A stretch of DNA of 64,000 nt from a virus (Duplodnaviria; Caudoviricetes), in IMG/VR virus record IMGVR_UViG_3300020371_000002; one strand, 5' to 3'. This document shows positions 44,354 to 51,011 of this stretch, in pieces. The notes below the pieces were generated by a model. The model saw only the letters and a list, made by a program, of their open reading frames with translations. It had not been told where the DNA came from and searched no databases. How positions within the stretch are numbered: position 1 is the stretch's first letter; each line of letters opens with the position of its first letter. Position numbers and translations under genes: made by a program.

Positions 44354-44604
44354 CTCCCCTCTGAGTGATTGGTGTAGAGTTCTTCCCAATCGGCTTGGTC
44401 ATCGTGGTCTAATTTTTCATCTTCCGCAACAGCAGAATAAGGTTCAATCACTCCTCTCCTTTGAAGAGGATCAACAAGTTCAGTTGGTGCAAGAATCACA
44501 TCTCGTCCATCAGGACACATAATATGAAAGGTCTCTCCTTTTTCAGCCCTTTCAAAAATTTCATCGAAGTTCTTATCGAGTTCTTCTAAAGTAATCTGTT
44601 GCAT
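44350..44604 (-). CDS. Phd/YefM-like orphan antitoxin-domain protein
   Basis: MQQITLEELDKNFDEIFERAEKGETFHI...G..VIL.P plus acidic tail. Confidence 0.55.
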   Translation of the reverse strand: MQQITLEELDKNFDEIFERAEKGETFHIMCPDGRDVILAPTELVDPLQRRGVIEPYSAVAEDEKLDHDDQADWEELYTNHSEGS

Positions 44605-44620
44605 AGAATTTAATAAAGAG

Positions 44621-44694
44621 TCGGGGTGATAGGATTCGAACCTACGGCCACTCGCTCCCAAAGCGAGTGCTCTACCAAGCTGAGCTACACCCCG
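44621..44694 (-). tRNA. tRNA-Pro(UGG)
   Basis: Cloverleaf, anticodon arm CTCGC-TTTGGGA-GCGAG, GGTTCGAATCC; no encoded CCA. Confidence 0.95.
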
Positions 44695-44841
44695 TCAGTG
44701 TTCTTTGTATTTCTCTGGGTGTTTTTTAGAGTCGTGAATATAATACGCAAAAGGTATTAGAAGAGAGGTCCCCGCAATAGAACCAACTAGAGCGGGGTAG
44801 TGATGAACCACATTCATTGCAAAGTGTAAGATGTGGACCAT
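44695..44841 (-). CDS. Single-TM microprotein (48 aa)
   Basis: GGAG SD; MVHILHFAMNVVHHYPALVGSIAGTSLLIPFAYYIHDSKKHPEKYKEH. Confidence 0.55.
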   Translation of the reverse strand: MVHILHFAMNVVHHYPALVGSIAGTSLLIPFAYYIHDSKKHPEKYKEH

Positions 44842-44854
44842 TATGGAATTCTCC

Positions 44855-45370
44855 TTAACTTGAGAGGTACTCTAACATTCTTTCGGCAGATGATTCTTTG
44901 AAAGGATCATCCGACGCACCAGAAGGTTCTTTAAACCATGCAGTTGTAATCATATCGTCAATTACTACAGAATATCTCCAGCTTCTATCACCGAAGCCAA
45001 TGTAGTTCTTATTGATACGCATGTCGGCCCAGTTAGTAAATTCTAGGGCTCCATCTGGGATGTGTTTAATCTTCTTAATCTTCAAGTCCTTAAACCATGC
45101 ATCCATTACAAATGCATCGTTTACGCTGAGACAATAGATTTCATCTAGTTTACCAGCCTTTTTCAACTTTGCAAAAAGTTTTTCATATCCAGGCAAATGC
45201 TTGGAGGTACAGGTTGGTGTGAAGGCTCCTGGGATTGCAAAGACTACAACTCGCTTTCCTGCAAAAAGATCTTCAGCAGTCTTAGTTACAAATTCTCCAT
45301 CCTCACGATACTGCCACGAAAGGGTTTTCGGAACAGTACGAATATCTGATCTGGGTGGTGCGTAATCCAT
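44855..45370 (-). CDS. Peroxiredoxin (Prx5/redoxin type)
   Basis: VVVFAIPGAFTPTC..KHLPGY, CLSVNDAFVM.AW, RSWRYS. Confidence 0.92.
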   Translation of the reverse strand: MDYAPPRSDIRTVPKTLSWQYREDGEFVTKTAEDLFAGKRVVVFAIPGAFTPTCTSKHLPGYEKLFAKLKKAGKLDEIYCLSVNDAFVMDAWFKDLKIKKIKHIPDGALEFTNWADMRINKNYIGFGDRSWRYSVVIDDMITTAWFKEPSGASDDPFKESSAERMLEYLSS

Positions 45371-45410
45371 TAGTAATCTAAAATTAACTTCAAACTATCT
45401 TATATATGCT

Positions 45411-45629
45411 CTATGCGGCACATTTATCTTCGACGCGATCCTCAATAGATTTGAGTTCGCCCTTAGTAGTATACAACAGTCTTTTTGTTTCTGTCAATAC
45501 ATAGAACCCTGTGATGGACTTTCCATCATCGGTCCAACCATAGGCTATAATCCTTTCATTTACATCATGGTCATTCAAGAGTTTTGATGTGTGAAGGTAA
45601 TGGTTGTACCTTTGGTGGAGATTGATCAT
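45411..45629 (-). CDS. Conserved hypothetical protein
   Basis: MINLHQRYNHYLHT...ERIIAYGW. Confidence 0.65.
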   Translation of the reverse strand: MINLHQRYNHYLHTSKLLNDHDVNERIIAYGWTDDGKSITGFYVLTETKRLLYTTKGELKSIEDRVEDKCAA

Positions 45630-45877
45630 CAGCGTACCTCAAAGTTTAATTTTCGAACTTTCCTTTTACGGCGTTCGTCTTGGTATTTTAGGTCACTTTG
45701 TGTGAGGATTCCATCACTTTTAACATTATCTTTAGATTTTCGAAACACAACTTTTCCTAAGTCTACAGCAGAAACCCTGTCGCCATTTACGGTTACCATG
45801 TTTGGGCAACCACAACAAGAGAATCTACCATTCATTTCTAATTCGGTGTTACAATCTTTACACCTTACATATTCCAT
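45629..45877 (-). CDS. Zn-binding hypothetical protein
   Basis: CKDC...CCGCPN...AVDL...RKVRKLNFEVR. Confidence 0.7.
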   Translation of the reverse strand: MEYVRCKDCNTELEMNGRFSCCGCPNMVTVNGDRVSAVDLGKVVFRKSKDNVKSDGILTQSDLKYQDERRKRKVRKLNFEVR

Positions 45878-45881
45878 ATGT

Positions 45882-46463
45882 TTATCCCGTTAGGTTGACT
45901 GTTAGAGACAGTCGAGGTTCTTTAGATTCATGTACACAATGCACTGTTCCATAGGGAACCATAATCAAATCGCCAGGTCCATACTCTTTTGTTTCTTCAC
46001 CGACCTGCCATAAACAAGATCCGTACAATGGTTTCACAATTACATGATAGTCGTGGTTGTGTGGAGGGAAACTAACCCTTCGACTGGTGCTACCCTTTGT
46101 GAAATACAAGTTAGCAACTGTCCGACTACCTTTCAAATCAAAGAGTCTACGATCAAGTTCTCTAAGTTCTTCAGTTAAATCAAGAATATCTGTGATGTGA
46201 GTAGTGAATCCCAAATCATAGATCTGTTTCCATTTATAAAAATCTAAGCAACCATCTCCGTCATAATAAGAATCAGAAACTCTTCCACAATGATTGATGC
46301 TTTCTAAAGATCCTCTTCCCCACCGTTTCTTGATCTGCAATAGATCAAACATTCTCTCCTCGGTGAAAGGAATATCTATATTGTGAATTATTTCTGCACA
46401 GGCGTTGAGGTACTCCTCATCGTCAGGAGAAGTTACGAAAAACTGTTCATTCATATTTATCAA
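45882..46463 (-). CDS. JmjC/cupin-4 oxygenase-like protein
   Basis: ANLYFT...SFPPHNHDYHVIV..LYG...W...GD...VP.GT.H. Confidence 0.8.
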   Translation of the reverse strand: MINMNEQFFVTSPDDEEYLNACAEIIHNIDIPFTEERMFDLLQIKKRWGRGSLESINHCGRVSDSYYDGDGCLDFYKWKQIYDLGFTTHITDILDLTEELRELDRRLFDLKGSRTVANLYFTKGSTSRRVSFPPHNHDYHVIVKPLYGSCLWQVGEETKEYGPGDLIMVPYGTVHCVHESKEPRLSLTVNLTG

Positions 46464-46468
46464 AATGA

Positions 46469-46540
46469 TGGGAAATACTGGATTCGAACCAGTGACTTAT
46501 TGCTTGTAAGGCAACCACTCTACCGCTGAGTTAATCTCCC
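46469..46540 (-). tRNA. tRNA-Val(UAC)
   Basis: Cloverleaf, anticodon loop CTTACAA. Confidence 0.93.
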
Positions 46541-46544
46541 AAGG

Positions 46545-46616
46545 CTCCCCCGCCAGGATTCGAACCTGGGACCAGACGATTAACAGTCGTCGGCTCTACC
46601 GCTGAGCTACAGAGGA
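46545..46616 (-). tRNA. tRNA-Asn(GUU)
   Basis: Cloverleaf, GACGA-CTGTTAA-TCGTC. Confidence 0.95.
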
Positions 46617-46646
46617 ATATGTGTTAATTATATGAGGAAACCCCTG

Positions 46647-46934
46647 TCATGGCAAGGGTGTCCACTCATATCCATAAGTCTTGGGATCTTCTTTGATCAT
46701 ATCTTCAACAGTAAATTCAACATTACTATCAGGATGTGACCATGGTTCGGTGTGACCATTCATCATGTTCAAAAGACTTTTTGCCTTGTCACATTCGGTT
46801 TTATGATACTGTTCATGTTCGCGAAGTGACTTAATCAATACACTGTAGATGTCTTCTGCAGTGACTTCTTCTAAATTTAGAGCATCTAAAAGAAATTCTT
46901 CAAGTCTATTCAGAGAATAAGATGAATACTTCAT
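46647..46934 (-). CDS. Hypothetical protein
   Basis: ORF track; packed operon. Confidence 0.6.
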   Translation of the reverse strand: MKYSSYSLNRLEEFLLDALNLEEVTAEDIYSVLIKSLREHEQYHKTECDKAKSLLNMMNGHTEPWSHPDSNVEFTVEDMIKEDPKTYGYEWTPLP

Positions 46935-47176
46935 TGATTTTCTTGTTTTTCAAGTTGATCAAATTCGTTAGCAATGTGCCATAGAGTATCTATAACACAA
47001 TGATAACCTTGTTCCCACTCGTTTGGTTTAGCGGCAGTACGAAAAGGGGGGAAGTCCTTTACGATTGCACGGATGAGTCCGCCAGGAGTGTCATCATTGT
47101 ACTGACTCTCCAAGATCCTCTTCGGTCTCTCCAGAGAAAATTCGTTTAGCATCTTTTGTAGAAAGCATAAAAGCAA
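46931..47176 (-). CDS. Hypothetical protein
   Basis: ORF track; start uncertain. Confidence 0.5.
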   Translation of the reverse strand: MLLCFLQKMLNEFSLERPKRILESQYNDDTPGGLIRAIVKDFPPFRTAAKPNEWEQGYHCVIDTLWHIANEFDQLEKQENQ

Positions 47177-47723
47177 AAACCCAAAGGATTCTATTCTTTT
47201 TCCCTACAACTTCATCCACCTCATGTTCAGCGTCAGAAACAATGTAGGAAAGTAGATCGGTATCTTCAACATCCCATGGTTCACCATCTATGATAGTGAC
47301 TCCGCCACCTTTTGGTTTACGGCTGATGATGTTGAAATGTACTGTAACTGTATCTTCCATCCATACAGGATCTATATGTCGGTGTACAGTTCCTCCTTCA
47401 AAGCTTATCTCCGTAATTATACCATCCAAACCAACGGGTGCAAAGCCATACTCTTCAATATCAAAAGTTCTTAAGATTCTATCTTGAATCCAGTATGCCT
47501 CTGCAGGATAATCAAAATCAGAAGGTGAACTAATGACCTGTCCTGTTTGAGGAATTACTAGAGGGGTAGCAAAACGAGTTGTGAGTTTAGTTCTTTCTTT
47601 TTTATTGGTATCCATTTTTGGATCCATAAAAATATCCCTCTCATAATTTGAAAGGGTCCATTCGTTAAGTTCGTCTCGCTCAGATTCAGTAATAAAATCT
47701 TTGTATGCTTTGACCTTATCCAA
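47094..47723 (-). CDS. Fe(II)/2OG oxygenase-like protein
   Basis: GGTVHRHIDP...NII..KPKGGG...HEV..V.G...R..WVF. Confidence 0.75.
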   Translation of the reverse strand: MDKVKAYKDFITESERDELNEWTLSNYERDIFMDPKMDTNKKERTKLTTRFATPLVIPQTGQVISSPSDFDYPAEAYWIQDRILRTFDIEEYGFAPVGLDGIITEISFEGGTVHRHIDPVWMEDTVTVHFNIISRKPKGGGVTIIDGEPWDVEDTDLLSYIVSDAEHEVDEVVGKKNRILWVFAFMLSTKDAKRIFSGETEEDLGESVQ

Positions 47724-47724
47724 A

Positions 47725-48198
47725 CTAGTCTCCTAAAGTATGCACCACAGGTTTTTCGTGTAGCAAAACCTCATAGAGTCGAGGTTCCTGTGCAGCAGAT
47801 ACAGGTTGAAACTCAGATTCTGGGTCAAAACCTTCTGTACGAATTGCCTGATTGATAACAATAGATCCCTTTTCACCCGAGATAGAACGGTGATACGTCT
47901 GAGGTGGTATGACTAAGGCACCAGATGTTCTGGTGAGGGATACAATATGATATGGATACTTCCATTCAAAGTTTACCAACTCGAAAGTTCGTTCACCTTG
48001 AAGGACACGATTGTTATCAGTTTGATGATAGTGTATATAGAATTGTTTGGCACCTACCAAATCATTTGGAGGTGAAATCGCAGGGCCCTCGTGACATACA
48101 AGATCAGAAGCGTTTGAATCTTCTACAGAGATATCATAAAAAATAACATCAGGAGTCTCGCGGAACACCCGATGTTTTTTGTATTGAACGTCACTCAT
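47725..48198 (-). CDS. Cupin-like conserved cyanobacterial protein
   Basis: FRETPDV.FYDI, GAKQFYIHYHQTD.NRV..GER.FELVN, YHRS.SGE.GS. Confidence 0.7.
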   Translation of the reverse strand: MSDVQYKKHRVFRETPDVIFYDISVEDSNASDLVCHEGPAISPPNDLVGAKQFYIHYHQTDNNRVLQGERTFELVNFEWKYPYHIVSLTRTSGALVIPPQTYHRSISGEKGSIVINQAIRTEGFDPESEFQPVSAAQEPRLYEVLLHEKPVVHTLGD

Positions 48199-48482
48199 TT
48201 ATCTATGTCTAGTGGTAGATCTTGGGGGTTTTCCAATTCTACATCAAAGAGACAGGGATGGCACTCTTCTGCAATAAGATAATCAGAGCACTGATACAAC
48301 CATTTCTCTGGTACGTCTTCACGTTTTTCTGCTTCTTCAATTACTAACGGATCATTTACCTCTAATTCAGTCAGTTGATCAAAAGTGAATGGCATATGAT
48401 TTACGAAGTACATTTTCACAGCCATTTTCCTACCATCGACAGAATAATATCTGTACTGTTGTTCGATCTTAAGCTTATCCAT
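48195..48482 (-). CDS. Hypothetical protein
   Basis: PFTFD...LIAEECHP.LF..ELENP. Confidence 0.6.
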   Translation of the reverse strand: MDKLKIEQQYRYYSVDGRKMAVKMYFVNHMPFTFDQLTELEVNDPLVIEEAEKREDVPEKWLYQCSDYLIAEECHPCLFDVELENPQDLPLDIDK

Positions 48483-48504
48483 GTGTTACCGATCACACAC
48501 ATTA

Positions 48505-48950
48505 CTATTTACACAATAATTTGTAGGCAACAGTAACTCTTAGTTCCTCAAAGGATTCTGGAGGACCAATTGAGTGATGCGGAATGTATCCAGGGAACAT
48601 AAGAGCAGAATTTTCTTCTGGTGTATGGATACCATAACCTTCGAAGTATGTCCCACTGACAGCATTCATGTAGATTAAAAATGTTCTGTCGTCTGGGTTC
48701 AGACTATCTTGATGAAGCGACCCATGTTGCCCGTAGGTCGTTCCATTAGCGTATATTCTATCAACTGTATACTTTTTTGTAAGTAACGGTCGTATCTTTT
48801 GTAGGAAGATGTCATAAAAGAATTCATCTTCTAATTCCATAACCCAAAAGGGTTTAGAATCCATCGTACTTCTATGTCCAAACTCCCATCTAGGAAGCAT
48901 CAACAAAGATTTAGCTGTGTCCAACTCTTCCTCAGAAAAGAAGGCACTAA
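48505..48950 (-). CDS. Fe(II)/2OG oxygenase (start codon unresolved)
   Basis: RIYANG.TYGQHGSLHQD...FLIY...PG.IPH...RVTVAYK. Confidence 0.75.
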
Positions 48951-48953
48951 AAG

Positions 48954-49025
48954 AGCGGAATAGCGGATTCGAACCGCTGACATTCAACTTGGAAGGATGA
49001 CGTTCTACCACTGAACTAATTCCGC
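48954..49025 (-). tRNA. tRNA-Gly(UCC)
   Basis: Cloverleaf, anticodon loop CTTCCAA. Confidence 0.93.
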
Positions 49026-49029
49026 AAGG

Positions 49030-49103
49030 CGTCTCAGGTAGGATTCGAACCTACGACCGACTGCTTAGAAGGCAGTTGCTCTAATCCACTGAGCTACTGA
49101 GAC
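49030..49103 (-). tRNA. tRNA-Arg(UCU)
   Basis: Cloverleaf, CTGC-CTTCTAA-GCAG. Confidence 0.95.
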
Positions 49104-49110
49104 ATGAGAG

Positions 49111-49126
49111 GAGGCCCGAAGGCCTC
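49111..49126. terminator. GC hairpin between ORF and tRNA-Arg
   Basis: GAGGCC-CGAA-GGCCTC. Confidence 0.55.
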
Positions 49127-49129
49127 ATT

Positions 49130-49297
49130 TTAATCTACTTCTACCAATATATCCTCTTCTTCTTCAATAAACTCTTTGAATTGACTATAGAACACACTCG
49201 CGTCCTCTAGACGATCTTCTTCAGCAAGTTGGTGTAGTTTGTCAATGAGTTGTTCAACGAAGTCACGATTCGGTGTTGTCGTCGCTGCATGTTCCAT
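49130..49297 (-). CDS. Acidic hypothetical protein (55 aa)
   Basis: MEHAATTTPNRDFVEQLIDKLHQLAEEDR... Confidence 0.55.
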   Translation of the reverse strand: MEHAATTTPNRDFVEQLIDKLHQLAEEDRLEDASVFYSQFKEFIEEEEDILVEVD

Positions 49298-49796
49298 TGA
49301 AGTAATCCTTCCTGAAGTAACGGCTGAGAACATTAGAATTATAGTACGCGGGGGTCCCGTCGTCAAGCGCTTCGGTAAGCACATTATTTAGAAACAGTTG
49401 TCGTGTTTCTTCATAATTCACTTTACCAGGGGTCTCGTGAAGGGAAATGATCTCTCTTAGAAAAGAGGATTTGCCTCGTAAGTCAATAGCCTCTGTAAGC
49501 TCTGGACAACTGCCGTAGTATTTCTTCCAGTTACTTTCACTTGTAACTCTCCTCCGTCTTTTACCGTCCACCTTAGGTCTAGGCTTTCGTTTTTGCCAGA
49601 AATACTTTCTCCCAATATATTTACGTCCACTTGCGGTGTCCGTGATCCTGTAGACAAAACCGTAGTTGTCGCCAATGTGGCAAGACTCAAAGATGTCACC
49701 ATTGTACAACCAAGGATTATCGTAGGTTGGTTCTTCAGGGCACTTTTCCACACCCTCCGAATTCCCAGATTCGGAATTTTGATTCTTCTCATTCAA
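49263..49796 (-). CDS. GIY-YIG nuclease-family protein
   Basis: GFVYRIT....G.KYIGRK, W..YYGS, YEE, YN. Confidence 0.75.
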   Translation of the reverse strand: MNEKNQNSESGNSEGVEKCPEEPTYDNPWLYNGDIFESCHIGDNYGFVYRITDTASGRKYIGRKYFWQKRKPRPKVDGKRRRRVTSESNWKKYYGSCPELTEAIDLRGKSSFLREIISLHETPGKVNYEETRQLFLNNVLTEALDDGTPAYYNSNVLSRYFRKDYFNGTCSDDNTES

Positions 49797-49853
49797 GTCA
49801 TATCAAAGTAACTCTAGAGTATATAGGAGCGTCCCATGAACCCTAGCAGAGTT

Positions 49854-49882
49854 AGTTTAACCGCCAAACCGCGGCGTGTCAA
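49854..49882 (-). promoter_or_regulatory. Sigma70-type promoter with a GC hairpin in the spacer
   Basis: TTGACA-17nt-TAAACT. Confidence 0.55.
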
Positions 49883-50937
49883 TCTTTTTTCTTTTTCTTC
49901 ACGTCCATGATGGCACCCTTGCCATACTTCTTCTCGATCTCACCCTTTACGATGTCCAGAGCGGAAGGACCATCCTTCTTCTTGGGCATTGGTTTGGGTT
50001 GAGTACCACCAGACCTTGCAATACCACGACGGCTACCTGCGGATCTATATCCAGAACCATACATCTCAAGTTTGCGATCACGCATACGATCGTACCCTTC
50101 CTCTGAGAGAATGTCCTTTCTCCAATCAGAGAGTTCTTCTTTCTTCAGGTTTGCCTTACGATACTGGAGATCGGCACGGGTGCCACGATCCATCTTACCC
50201 TGAGACTTGGGCTTGGTCTTGCCACCTACATCAGGTTGCATACCAGGATTTGCTGCCTTGACTCTGCGACCGTGGGTGTATTCAGCACCACTCATCTTGG
50301 AGTCACCAGAGATCATCTTGCCACCTTGGGAGCGGGAGTCTGCATACTCTTTGTCAGACTGACCGTGCTTACCCTTGTAACCTTCCAGTTCTAATTCTTC
50401 TTTGTTAGTCTTTTCTTTCTCGATACGAGCAGACATCTTTCTGATCGCATCGATACTCATGTTACCAATACCTGTGAATCCATCCTTAGAAGGATCAGGT
50501 TGTTTCTTGGTGTCATCCTTGGAAGCACCAGCGGCGCGAGCAGCACGACGGTTCTCGTCTAACTCAAAAGACTCAACTGCTTCAAAAACAATCTCTCTAG
50601 ATTCCCAGAGATTATTTTCTTTAATATATGTCTCAATTAATTCTTCTTTTTCCCATCTCGTGATATCATAACCACCTTCGGAGATGGTTTCCATCCACTT
50701 GGTAAATTTTTCGAGGTGATGATCTCTCAGATCATCCTTATACTCCTCATAAGCAGCACGATATCGTCCCCTTACCATAGATTCGGGCGCGTTCGCGTGA
50801 TCTCCACCCTGGGCAGCCTTCGGTTCCCCTTGTGGATTCATTTTACCAGTCATACCTTCAGCATCCTTTGGAGGGGATGTGAGGTCCTTTCTCTGATAGA
50901 TCGACTTATATGCTTCGGAGAGATGGTCGGTCATCAT
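49879..50937 (-). CDS. Charged low-complexity late protein (probable virion-associated)
   Basis: Lys/Glu-rich repeated KEEL modules; late promoter upstream. Confidence 0.65.
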   Translation of the reverse strand: MMTDHLSEAYKSIYQRKDLTSPPKDAEGMTGKMNPQGEPKAAQGGDHANAPESMVRGRYRAAYEEYKDDLRDHHLEKFTKWMETISEGGYDITRWEKEELIETYIKENNLWESREIVFEAVESFELDENRRAARAAGASKDDTKKQPDPSKDGFTGIGNMSIDAIRKMSARIEKEKTNKEELELEGYKGKHGQSDKEYADSRSQGGKMISGDSKMSGAEYTHGRRVKAANPGMQPDVGGKTKPKSQGKMDRGTRADLQYRKANLKKEELSDWRKDILSEEGYDRMRDRKLEMYGSGYRSAGSRRGIARSGGTQPKPMPKKKDGPSALDIVKGEIEKKYGKGAIMDVKKKKKD

Positions 50938-50960
50938 GTAAAACATAGAGATTTCATACC

Positions 50961-50981
50961 TATTTATTAGATCAATAAATA
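50961..50981. promoter_or_regulatory. Back-to-back T4-type late promoters
   Basis: AATAAATA on the minus strand (50961-68) and plus strand (50974-81), between divergent genes. Confidence 0.6.
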
Positions 50982-51011
50982 GAAGCGAAGGGCCCTTATA
51001 CTGAATAATAA

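Noticed and set aside
44331-44400. Possible extra tRNA next to tRNA-Pro
   Set aside because: No T-loop (GTTCG) or cloverleaf; the sequence is explained by a sigma70 promoter and an ORF end.
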